Source: Acidilobaceae archaeon (GTDB lineage Archaea > Thermoproteota > Thermoprotei_A > Sulfolobales > Acidilobaceae). Taken from it: DNA of 64,000 bases. The notes beneath the pieces are model-generated. The model saw nothing but the letters and a program-made list of their open reading frames with translations. It searched no databases and was not told the DNA's origin. A program made the translations under genes and the position numbers. Of this stretch, positions 37,344-46,080 are shown one piece after another. Positions within the stretch are counted from its first letter, which is position 1. Each line of letters starts with the position of its first letter. The DNA is taken from assembly GCA_038824665.1 (NCBI GenBank), contig JAWBBK010000001.1:32001-96000 (forward strand), read 5' to 3'.

Positions 37344-39124
37344 TCTCCTCTAGCGTAAGGTATCACTCCTATTATCTCGACTCCTATAGTGAGGTCTAGG
37401 TCGTCTCTGCCTCTTCCGTTGAAAGGGTCGAGGATAGAGACCGCTACGTAAGCTCTTCTAGCATCTGTAACAGGGACTGCAAGCGTAGTTGAGATAATTG
37501 CATACTGTAAGTTCGGAGGCCAAGTGTTTTCTGCAGCTAAAGCTGCTAGCTCGTTGTACGTTATGTCTCTAGACGCTAACACCCTCCAGTTATCATCTAC
37601 AAGCATGATCCTCATTATTGGATAGGGCGTGAGTATACACTCGCCTAAACCTCCGACCTCAGTATCGTGATAGAACACTCTAACTAATACGTAAACGCTT
37701 ATCACTCTCCTTGGGTCCAGGATCACCTCTTTGAGTCTAAACGTAAAGCCTCCTAAGAGGTTCCAGGGATTATACGTAACTCTGCCTCCAGAGATGAAGG
37801 CAGAGTACGCTAGAATCGCTTGAGACGGGTTCACTTCGCCTCCTTCGTCTATCCCACACGCTCGATCTGATGCCGCAGGATGCACAGAACCCCACCTGAA
37901 GTCTTCAGTAACTAAAATAACCTCTCCGTACCCGTTGCCGTCAGTATCGGCTATGAATAGAAATGGCTCGTAGCTGTTCAGCGTTATGCTCGAAACTTTG
38001 TTCAACTTGTAGATAAAACACCTCTCTGCATCTCCCTTTACCTCAAGCGAGCCCTCAACTTTGACGCTAACTCTTGGTTGTATCACATACTCTTCTCTGT
38101 TTGCATGATTAGCGTAATACCAGAAGCCTATAGCTTCAGTTATTTCGTTTGTATTTATGTTGAAGTAGTTATCGGTGCTCCTGTAGTAAAAACTAAATTG
38201 GCTTATGTTACTTAGTCCTTCCACCTTGACTCTATACCAGGTAGTCGAGTTTCTGTAGGACACCAAAATGTTGTATTTGTCTGTCGAGCCAGGAGCGTAT
38301 CCTATTATTGCAGTGAAGGGATTATTGAGGGTGAGCTTGAGGCTGAAGCCAGTACAGGGTACCCTTGCGCTTTGTAGAGTATAGACATAGTATCCGCCCG
38401 ATCCATCGTAAACCACTACTCCTACTTGAGGGTTAGTTCCCCTCAAGTACTCAGAAGTGACGAGCTCTACCGGAGACTCTGGACTCAAGAGATCGCTGAG
38501 AGAAGAGAAGCTTAGTATGACTATCTTGGGTTCGAGCATCACAGCTGTAAGAGCTTTCTCGCTAGCTCCGGCTTGAGCTAGCCTTCTGTCATGAGCTAAT
38601 CCTGCTGTAGGATGAAGTGCTCCTCGAGTTGAAAGAGCTACTACAGAAACCGTTATCTTATTCAGCTCTTCAACTTCTCTGTTGAGACGAAAGAGAGCTG
38701 AGTCTCCTGGTCTTAACGTTAGAACTCCTCCTGAGTGCTTACGAGCTCCAGGATATACAGTAATGCTCGTAACGGGCTTGCCTTCAGCCGGTACGTATTC
38801 AGTCAAGTTGATAGCGTATAGTACTTTGTGAAGAGCTGTGTCTATTAAGAAAAGGGTTTTGAGTTCTACTATAACCGTACCTGTATTGTTAAGCCAGAAC
38901 GCAGGATATCTCTCATCGGTTACAGGCAACCAGTCGACAGCTATCTTTTCCGCTAATCTTTCTGACTGAAAGGAAGCAACAGCTTTGTATCTCTCCATGT
39001 TTTTCTGTGTGTCTAAGAATACGCCTAAGATTAAAGGTACGAGGATCAACATTATAACTCCTACAGCTATAGCTCCTCCTAAAGCCTCTGCTTGAGCTCT
39101 TCTCACGCTATTCCCTCTTATCAT
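37340..39124 (-). CDS. Large pilin-like protein/adhesin with class III signal peptide
   Basis: RRA|QAE followed by hydrophobic helix; NTGT...LKTL pilin motif; ATG at 39124. Confidence 0.75.
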   Translation of the reverse strand: MIRGNSVRRAQAEALGGAIAVGVIMLILVPLILGVFLDTQKNMERYKAVASFQSERLAEKIAVDWLPVTDERYPAFWLNNTGTVIVELKTLFLIDTALHKVLYAINLTEYVPAEGKPVTSITVYPGARKHSGGVLTLRPGDSALFRLNREVEELNKITVSVVALSTRGALHPTAGLAHDRRLAQAGASEKALTAVMLEPKIVILSFSSLSDLLSPESPVELVTSEYLRGTNPQVGVVVYDGSGGYYVYTLQSARVPCTGFSLKLTLNNPFTAIIGYAPGSTDKYNILVSYRNSTTWYRVKVEGLSNISQFSFYYRSTDNYFNINTNEITEAIGFWYYANHANREEYVIQPRVSVKVEGSLEVKGDAERCFIYKLNKVSSITLNSYEPFLFIADTDGNGYGEVILVTEDFRWGSVHPAASDRACGIDEGGEVNPSQAILAYSAFISGGRVTYNPWNLLGGFTFRLKEVILDPRRVISVYVLVRVFYHDTEVGGLGECILTPYPIMRIMLVDDNWRVLASRDITYNELAALAAENTWPPNLQYAIISTTLAVPVTDARRAYVAVSILDPFNGRGRDDLDLTIGVEIIGVIPYARGD

Positions 39125-39224
39125 ATAGAGATCGTAAGGTAATAAATCAACAAACAGAAAAGCTAAAGGTCGCTTTTGATCCACCTATATTAGGACGCTC
39201 AGCTTTAAAACAAATGGGAGTACA

Positions 39225-39830
39225 GTGAGAGGTCAATCGGACGTTCTTGCTGTAGTAGTGTTAGTTGTCGCTACTCTAGCCTTAGGGTTAGCTCTTTTCG
39301 CTTATTCAGTATCTCAACAGTCTTGGCTAGCGGGAGAGAAAGCTAGAGTCTCCTATTTGAACTTGATCTCTTCTAGCATAGACGTAGTGCTCGTTTATAG
39401 TAGCTCAAACAACGGAACAGCTTGTGTAATGTTAGAAGTGATCAACATTGGAGTAGAAGAACACTACATAACTGTAGCTGTGGTCTCAGGAGTTATCAGC
39501 AGAGAAAGGATCGAAGTGAGAGCTGAAGCTACAGTCCGTCTCGCTGAGCTCAGGTCTTCGAATGGACTCATTCCAATACCTCAGTGTCCGTCAAGCTTTC
39601 AGCCTTTAGAACTCATAGACATCTCGTCTTTAGTGTTGCCTGAGGGCTACACTTTAGGCGAAGCCGGAGCTCCTAAAGTCCTCGCTCCCGCTATGTCTAC
39701 AGTACTAAGACCAGGAGCCTCAAAGACTTTATACGTAGAGGCTCCTCAAGGATCTCTGAGCGTATTAGTAATAGCTTATATAAATAAAGTCCCTCATCTC
39801 GCTTTCACAAGAGTCTACGCTACAGGCTAA
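39225..39830 (+). CDS. Minor type IV pilin-like protein
   Basis: MRG|QSDVLAVVVLVVATLALG; NIG and LRPG.S.T motifs. Confidence 0.8.
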   Translation: MRGQSDVLAVVVLVVATLALGLALFAYSVSQQSWLAGEKARVSYLNLISSSIDVVLVYSSSNNGTACVMLEVINIGVEEHYITVAVVSGVISRERIEVRAEATVRLAELRSSNGLIPIPQCPSSFQPLELIDISSLVLPEGYTLGEAGAPKVLAPAMSTVLRPGASKTLYVEAPQGSLSVLVIAYINKVPHLAFTRVYATG

Positions 39831-39956
39831 GGATTTTGAACTAAAAATAGTATTTATAGAGTATTTATAGGGAAGAACAGGAGCCTTTTGTGTGTTCAGA
39901 CTATAACATTTAAGATGGCTGACAGAAAATATCGATTTGGGCCAAGGTGAGACGAG

Positions 39957-40412
39957 ATGCGTAAAGGAATAAGCCCTGTAATCGCTACTGTGATCCTCAT
40001 TGCTGTAGCCATTGCTGTAGCCATTGCTGTAGGAGCTTGGGTTATGGGCATTTGGGGCGGGCTTGGCGGTGGCGAGAGGCTGGTAATCAGCTATGCGAGG
40101 CTATATGAAGATGGCACTCTTGAACTGAGGGTCAAAAACGACGGTACAGCTGTAGCTAAGATAGTCAGAATAGAGGTTGTTGGAGCAGGAGCTTGGCCCG
40201 TAGGTGCTAATTGTAGCATTATAGACACAACCGGTGGTCGTATCAGGAATAATTCTATCGAGGTCGAAGCAGGAGAGTCAACAACTATCCGATGTGACTT
40301 CGGCAATCAGATTTTCACTGTCGGCGAGAGACGCATCATAAAGATCTTCACTGAAGCCGGTAGCGAGTACACAATCGAGAGAACTGTCGAGCAGGGCTCC
40401 GCTACGCAATAA
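39957..40412 (+). CDS. Major type IV pilin (archaeal)
   Basis: MRKG|ISPVIATVILIAVAIAVAIAV; V.NDG; I.T..G; GGTGA SD; strong oligo-T terminator. Confidence 0.92.
   Translation: MRKGISPVIATVILIAVAIAVAIAVGAWVMGIWGGLGGGERLVISYARLYEDGTLELRVKNDGTAVAKIVRIEVVGAGAWPVGANCSIIDTTGGRIRNNSIEVEAGESTTIRCDFGNQIFTVGERRIIKIFTEAGSEYTIERTVEQGSATQ
39998..40032 (+). repeat. 12-bp tandem repeat CATTGCTGTAGC x2.9 in pilin N-terminal helix
   Basis: Perfect copies at 39998, 40010 and 40022. Confidence 0.9.
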
Positions 40413-40469
40413 CAGCAACAACAGCAACAGGGACCATGAGGAGGAGGACAGTAACGAAGTTGCTCTAGT

Positions 40470-40507
40470 CTCTCATCCTCTTCTTTCTCTTTTCTTTCTT
40501 TTTTCTC
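40470..40507 (+). terminator. Oligo-T/pyrimidine terminator after pilin
   Basis: ctcttctttctcttttctttcttttttctc. Confidence 0.7.
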
Positions 40508-40560
40508 AACTTCTCTTCGCTTATATTAGAGCGCGTCTCTTCTAGAGACCCGGGCTCAAG

Positions 40561-41841
40561 ATGGAAGAGCTAGAGATATCTAAAGTCTTAGGGCTTCTCG
40601 CTTTAGACTCTAGAGGCTCTCCTACAGTCAAAGCTTTAGTAAGAACCAAAGGAGGAGCTGAAGGTTGGGCTATAGCTCCTAGCGGAGCAAGCAAGAGCGC
40701 TAAAGAAGCCGTAGAGCTAAGAGACGGAGGGAGAAAATGGGTCGGTAAAGGCGTCTCTATAGCTTTAGCTAGACTTAACGATATCGTAGCTCCTAGACTT
40801 ATAGGAGTCAACGCTACAAACCAAGCTTTAGTTGACGCTATTCTAGTAGCTCTTGATGGAACTGAGAACAAGTCCAGATTAGGAGGTAACGTGACTACAG
40901 CTGTAAGTCTAGCTGTAGCTAGAGCTGCTGCAAGTCAGCTTAAGCTTCCTTTATATAAATATCTAGGAGGAGTTTCAGCTAGAGTCATGCCTGCTCCTCT
41001 TCTAAACGTGATCAATGGAGGAGCTCATGCAGGAAACGAGCTGTCTTTCCAAGAGTTTCTTATAATCCCAGTTGGCTCCGATAGTTTTAGAGAAGCTCTC
41101 AGAATAGCTGTAGAGGTTTATTGGGAACTCAAAAAGCTTCTTAAAGAAAGATATGGTTCAAGCGCTATTAACGTAGGCGATGAAGGAGGCTTCGCTCCTC
41201 CAATGAAGAAAGTAGAGGAGGCTTTGAACTCTCTTGTGGAAGCCGTTAAAAGAGCTGGTTATTCAGAAAACTCTGACTTCTTTTTAGGAATTGATGTGGC
41301 CGCTAGTCAACTGAAAGGAGATAAAGGCTATCTAATAGATGAGAAAGTCTTTGAAAGAGAAGAGCTAATCGAGTTCTACGCAGACCTGGTTTCTAGATAT
41401 CCTATCGCCTATATAGAAGACCCTCTTTCTGAAGACGATTTTGAAGGTTTTGCAGAACTTGTGAAAAAGCTTGGAAAAAGAGTTTTAGTTTGTGGAGACG
41501 ACCTCTACGCTACTAGAGCTGATAGACTAGAAGCTGGACTAAAAGCAAAAGCGACTACAGCGGCGCTCCTCAAGGTCAATCAAGTAGGAACTCTTACAGA
41601 AGCTATAGAGTTTGCAGAGCTCGCTAAATCAGAAGGAGTTAAGATAGTAGTCAGTCATAGAAGCGGAGACTCTGAAGACTCTTTCATAGCGGACTTAGCT
41701 GTAGCTCTTAGAGCGCCTCTCATAAAGACAGGAGCTCCAGCTAGAGGAGAGAGAACAGCTAAGTACAATAGGCTTCTAGAAATAGAAGAAGAGCTCGGAC
41801 CTCAAGCTAAGTATATTGGGATTAGAGCTATCAAAGCCTAA
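40561..41841 (+). CDS. eno: Enolase
   Basis: DSRG.PTV, PSGAS, NGGAHA, GDEGGFAP, SHRSG, KTGAP.RGER. Confidence 0.97.
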   Translation: MEELEISKVLGLLALDSRGSPTVKALVRTKGGAEGWAIAPSGASKSAKEAVELRDGGRKWVGKGVSIALARLNDIVAPRLIGVNATNQALVDAILVALDGTENKSRLGGNVTTAVSLAVARAAASQLKLPLYKYLGGVSARVMPAPLLNVINGGAHAGNELSFQEFLIIPVGSDSFREALRIAVEVYWELKKLLKERYGSSAINVGDEGGFAPPMKKVEEALNSLVEAVKRAGYSENSDFFLGIDVAASQLKGDKGYLIDEKVFEREELIEFYADLVSRYPIAYIEDPLSEDDFEGFAELVKKLGKRVLVCGDDLYATRADRLEAGLKAKATTAALLKVNQVGTLTEAIEFAELAKSEGVKIVVSHRSGDSEDSFIADLAVALRAPLIKTGAPARGERTAKYNRLLEIEEELGPQAKYIGIRAIKA

Positions 41842-41858
41842 AAGCCTAGAACTCAAAA

Positions 41859-41930
41859 AGATCTCAGTGACCTCTCAGACGCTCCCGAAAGCGGGAAGGG
41901 AATGAAGAGAGGAGCCGACGGGGTCTAGCA
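41859..41930 (+). ncRNA. Atypical H/ACA-like K-turn RNA (no canonical ACA)
   Basis: Lower stem AGATCTC/GGGGTCT (G-U pairs imply + strand); pocket AGTGA / AGCCGAC; upper stem CCTCTC/GAGAGG; CAGA/ATGAAGA K-turn; TCCCG-AAAG-CGGGA cap. Confidence 0.6.
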
Positions 41931-41985
41931 CCCACCATCTTTAACTTGTTGTATGCTTCAGCTTTTTCGTTAAGTTCGCTAGCTC

Positions 41986-43404
41986 TTATAGCAAAAAGCT
42001 AAGATCTGCAGGAAGCCTGAGTCTCGCTCCTGAGACCTTCTTTACGCTTTCTTCAAGACTCTCTGCGATCTTCTCTAGCTCGAGCGCTGCTTCGTCTACG
42101 TTAGCGAAAGAAACGCGTTTCTGAATTCTCTTAAGCTCCTGCAAAGAGTATATTGAGACCGTTAGCGCCTTCTCTTTGACTTCACGAGTTCCTACAAAGA
42201 CTATCACAGGCGGCTTGATCGTAGACTCTATTTGTCTTATCGATCCAGAAAGCCCTGTTTTGTTGACTTCTTCAAGTCCAACTCTAAAGCCTAAAGATAT
42301 CAGTTTCTCCTTCAGCTCTCTAGCGACTCTAAGTATCTCTTCATCTACCTCTTCTCCTCCGGTAACGGCTAGAACAGCTATCTGAAGAGGAGCTAAAGAG
42401 AACGGAAGTCTGCCTTTCGAGTACTCTAGATAACCTCCGAGAAACCTCTCGAGAGAGCCTAGAAGAGCTCTGTGGATCAGATAGACTTTAACGTCTCCGA
42501 AAACCTCTCTGACCTCTTTGTCTATACCGAACCTTCTAGGCAAGTTGAAATCAAACTGAATAGTTCCCATCTGCCATTCCTTCACTACTCCAGCTTCTCT
42601 AACTGTCAATAAGAAATCTATCTTAGGTCCATAGAAGGCTGCTTCTCCAACTCCAACTACCTTCTTCACTCCGTAGTCTTCTTCAATACGTTGAGCTACT
42701 CTCTCTAGAGCGTCTTCTGCGTGTTCCCACTCGCGAAGAGATCCCATGAACTCTTTCCCTATGAGGTTTTTGTCTGAAACGCTAAGTCTAACCTTAACGT
42801 TCTCTGAGCTGATAGGAAGAGAGAAGACTTCTTCGAGCAACAGCTTCATCTCCTCAAATATGCTCATAACTACCTCTGTTGTCTGAGACTCTTCGACTAT
42901 TATGTGAGCATCGTCTTGGGTAAAGCCTCTTACTCTCAACAGACCGTGTATTGTACCGCTAGGCTCATATCTGTGAACTCTTCCAAGTTCGAAGATCTTG
43001 AAGGGCAATCTCAGCTTGCCTCTCCTCTTGCCGAGCTCGTTAAGGAATACGAGAATGTGAAAAGGACAGTTCATAGGCTTAACCACATAGCTCTTACCCT
43101 CTATATCAAGCATAAACATGTTCTTTCTGTAGAAGTCTGTGTGACCCGATATCTGAAAGAGTTCGTCACTAGCTATAGTGGGAGTCTCCACTATGTAGTA
43201 ACCGCGTCTTGTATGAAAGTTGAGAAGGATCCAGGAAAGAGCCTGTCTGAAGTAGCCTCCTCCTATACTGAAAAGAGGAAAGCCTGAGCCTAAGATCGTG
43301 CCCACTTCTCTGTCAACGCCAGGCACTAGAGCCTCTGGCTTGACCATTATGTCCAACTCGTGAGCGTAGTCTATATGAGTCTTCATAGACCTCTCTTCGC
43401 TCAA
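41986..43404 (-). CDS. thrS: Threonine--tRNA ligase, catalytic part of crenarchaeal split enzyme (no editing domain)
   Basis: KPMNCP.H, HRYEPSG, LLRVRGFTQDDAH, AFYGPKID, IHRA.LGS.ERF; 472 aa. Confidence 0.95.
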   Translation of the reverse strand: MSEERSMKTHIDYAHELDIMVKPEALVPGVDREVGTILGSGFPLFSIGGGYFRQALSWILLNFHTRRGYYIVETPTIASDELFQISGHTDFYRKNMFMLDIEGKSYVVKPMNCPFHILVFLNELGKRRGKLRLPFKIFELGRVHRYEPSGTIHGLLRVRGFTQDDAHIIVEESQTTEVVMSIFEEMKLLLEEVFSLPISSENVKVRLSVSDKNLIGKEFMGSLREWEHAEDALERVAQRIEEDYGVKKVVGVGEAAFYGPKIDFLLTVREAGVVKEWQMGTIQFDFNLPRRFGIDKEVREVFGDVKVYLIHRALLGSLERFLGGYLEYSKGRLPFSLAPLQIAVLAVTGGEEVDEEILRVARELKEKLISLGFRVGLEEVNKTGLSGSIRQIESTIKPPVIVFVGTREVKEKALTVSIYSLQELKRIQKRVSFANVDEAALELEKIAESLEESVKKVSGARLRLPADLSFLL

Positions 43405-43497
43405 GTCAAACGCCCTCCTAACGACTCAAGCCAACCGCTTCTAGCTCTGTCTCTGCTCTGTTCAGCTTTTTTAAACTCCTAAAAAGAACTTTGAAAG

Positions 43498-43552
43498 AGG
43501 ATGAGGTAAGGCGACGACGCTGACCTGATGAGAGAAAGACGCCTCTCCGACC
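43498..43552 (+). ncRNA. Box C/D sRNA
   Basis: C AGGATGA; D' CTGA 43520; C' TGATGA 43526; D CCGA 43547; two 15-nt guides; TTTTAAA about 25 nt upstream. Confidence 0.8.
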
Positions 43553-43648
43553 GTACGAGATTTTATAGATAGAAAGAAAGCGAGAAGATCCTAAAGAGCT
43601 GAAGCGTTGAGATTTTCTTCTTATATAGTTTATTGAAGACGTTGAGGG

Positions 43649-45301
43649 CTAGTCTTCTTCTTTTTCTTTCTTCTCTTCTTTCTTTTCTTCTTTCTTCTCC
43701 TCTCTCTTCGCCGCTATCATATCATCTATCCTTAATATGAGAGTAGCTATTTCTGTAGCTGCTTTGTAAGCGTTAACCTTAACTCTTAGAGGCTCTACGA
43801 TTCCTCTCTCTACAGAGTTTATCGGGTTTCCTGTGTCTACATCAAGACCTATCCATCTGCCTTCTGAAGAGGCGTGAGCGCTCCTTAGCTTAACGAGCGT
43901 CTCTATTGGGTCAAGACCTGCGTTAAACGCTAGTATCTGAGGTATTGATTCTAGAGCTCTAGCATATGCCTCAACGGCTAGCTGGGTCTTACCTGCAAGA
44001 CTCTTAGAGTACTCATAGAGGTGTTTAGCTACTTCGACTTCTGAAGCTCCAGCTCCGCCTACTACCTTTCCGTCCATAACGGCATCGCTAACGCTTCTTA
44101 TAGCGTCGTGAATAGCTCTGTCTGCTTCTTCAACAAGTCTTTCGAAACCTCCTCTTATGAGTATAGTGACGCTTCTCTGCTCTTTAGCTCCCTCTATGAA
44201 CACCATCTTATCCTCTCCTACCTTTCTCTCTTCTACAAGAGTAGCATAACCTAGGTCTTCAGGCTTCAAGTCGTCTATGTCGGTAACTATCCTAGCTCCC
44301 GTAGCTCTAGCGAGCTTCTCTATATCGCTTCTCTTCACTCTTCTGACCGCTAGTATTCCCTTCTTAGCCAAATAGTACTGAGCTACGTCGTCAATACCTT
44401 TCTGAGTTATGACCACATTGGCTCCTGTCGCAGCGATCTTCTCGACTTTTTCAGCTAAGATCTTTTCCTGTTTCTCCATCAACTTCTTGAGATGATCAGG
44501 ACTTGAGATGCTTATCTCTAAGTCTATCTCGGGCTTCTCTATCTCAAGAGGAGCGTCTAGTAGAGCTATTTTAGCGTTCTCTACTCTCTTGGGCATATCG
44601 GGATGAACTACCTCTTTGTCTAAGACTATTCCTCTGATCAGCTGAGTGTCCAAAAGGCTACCTCCGTGCTTCTTTATGATTTGGATGTTGTTGTGGTCGA
44701 CATACCATCCATCTCCACGTCTTTCAGCTACGGCTAACACTGCTTCGACCGCGAGGTTAGCTAAGTGTTCTCTAGCGTCTTTCACAGCCTTGCTATTCAA
44801 GCTCGTTAAAGCTATTTGTCGAAGCGTTTCTTTTTGCTCTGGAGACAACGGAATAGCTATTGAGGAGAGATATTCAACCGCCTTTTCAGCAGCGTGTTTG
44901 AAGCCTTCGATTATGATAGTAGGATGAATGTTCTTATCTAGAAGCTTCTCCGCTTCTTTTATGAGCTCTCCAGCGAGTATAACGGCAGTCTTAGTGCCAT
45001 CTCCAGCTTCAGCGTCTTGACCTTTGGCTATCTGAACCAACATCTTGGCTGTAGGATGCTGAACGTCCATTTTATCGAGTATTGTAGCTCCGTCGTTAGT
45101 GATAGTTATGTCGCCTAGACTATCGACAAGCATCTTATCCATGCCTTTAGGGCCGTAAGTCGTTCTGAGCATCTCTGCTATCGCTTTCACAGCCATAGAG
45201 TTGATCCTAAAGGCTTCTCTGCCTACAGTTCTAGAAGTTCCCTCTTTTAATATTAACACAGGGACTCCTGTAGCCTCCGTTACAGGAACCTTTACGCTCA
45301 T
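43649..45301 (-). CDS. ths: Thermosome subunit (group II chaperonin)
   Basis: GPKGMDKML, TNDGATIL, GDGTKT, LRIDD; ATG 45301 after GGAGG. Confidence 0.97.
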   Translation of the reverse strand: MSVKVPVTEATGVPVLILKEGTSRTVGREAFRINSMAVKAIAEMLRTTYGPKGMDKMLVDSLGDITITNDGATILDKMDVQHPTAKMLVQIAKGQDAEAGDGTKTAVILAGELIKEAEKLLDKNIHPTIIIEGFKHAAEKAVEYLSSIAIPLSPEQKETLRQIALTSLNSKAVKDAREHLANLAVEAVLAVAERRGDGWYVDHNNIQIIKKHGGSLLDTQLIRGIVLDKEVVHPDMPKRVENAKIALLDAPLEIEKPEIDLEISISSPDHLKKLMEKQEKILAEKVEKIAATGANVVITQKGIDDVAQYYLAKKGILAVRRVKRSDIEKLARATGARIVTDIDDLKPEDLGYATLVEERKVGEDKMVFIEGAKEQRSVTILIRGGFERLVEEADRAIHDAIRSVSDAVMDGKVVGGAGASEVEVAKHLYEYSKSLAGKTQLAVEAYARALESIPQILAFNAGLDPIETLVKLRSAHASSEGRWIGLDVDTGNPINSVERGIVEPLRVKVNAYKAATEIATLILRIDDMIAAKREEKKEEKKEEKKEKEED

Positions 45302-45459
45302 GTTCCTCCACCCTCTTTCCGTTACCATATCTTACTAATCTATAATCAAAGCGTCCGCTCCTTAAAAAGTCTTTTCTTGACCTCTAACTTCTTGTGTTCC
45401 TTAAGATTGTTCTACATTTCGCTAAAGCCTTCGAAAGAACTGATCTCAAGAGGGCTGAT

Positions 45460-46080
45460 TTGAAGAAAGAGAAGCCTTACGTGCTTCTAGTTGTAGGAAC
45501 TCCGGGGTCTGGGAAGACCAGCGTAAGTCGAAGATTGGCAGAGCTTCTAGGCTGTCTCTTCTTCGAAGCTAAAGAGATCTTCGAACGCGGGAGAGCTCTG
45601 ACTCCTGACGCTACAGGAAGAGACTCCATGACTGTTCTAATCGACAAGGCTGAAGAGGTCCTAAAGAACTTCGTGGAGTCTCTAGAATCTTGTGCTGTGA
45701 TCGCAGACATCAGCTCCTCTCTTTGGTTAGAGCGCGTAGGAGAACATATAGCTCTAGTCGTTCTGCTTCGTCTTCACCCTCTCGAGCTCAGAAGGAGGCT
45801 TGAAATGAGAGGTTGGAGCGCTAAAAAGGTCTTGGAAAACGCTTTGGCAGAAGCCTTCAACGTAGTGGCTGAAGAACTCTTAGACTACAGCAACGACGTA
45901 ATCGAAGTAGACTGTACTGGAAAAAGTGTAGAGGAAGTCGTTGTTGAGGTCTTTACAGCGATAAGCAAATGGAACACAGGAGTCTCCATAGACTGGCTCG
46001 AAAGAGATCCTGAGCTATTAGAAGAGGTTTCTAGAATGGTCTTAGAGCTTGACTCTCACCAGAACGACTCGACTACATGA
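45460..46080 (+). CDS. Adenylate kinase-like P-loop protein (AK6/Fap7-like)
   Basis: GTPGSGKT, L..RL..RGW...KV.EN..AE, IDW; TTG 45460 preferred. Confidence 0.8.
   Translation: MKKEKPYVLLVVGTPGSGKTSVSRRLAELLGCLFFEAKEIFERGRALTPDATGRDSMTVLIDKAEEVLKNFVESLESCAVIADISSSLWLERVGEHIALVVLLRLHPLELRRRLEMRGWSAKKVLENALAEAFNVVAEELLDYSNDVIEVDCTGKSVEEVVVEVFTAISKWNTGVSIDWLERDPELLEEVSRMVLELDSHQNDSTT

Noticed and set aside
41986-43404. Truncated thrS as a pseudogene
   Set aside because: Catalytic-only ThrRS with a separate editing protein is established in Crenarchaeota
43649-43700. Long pyrimidine tracts (also 1720-1755 and 15130-15165)
   Set aside because: They encode Glu/Lys-rich C-terminal tails on the minus strand
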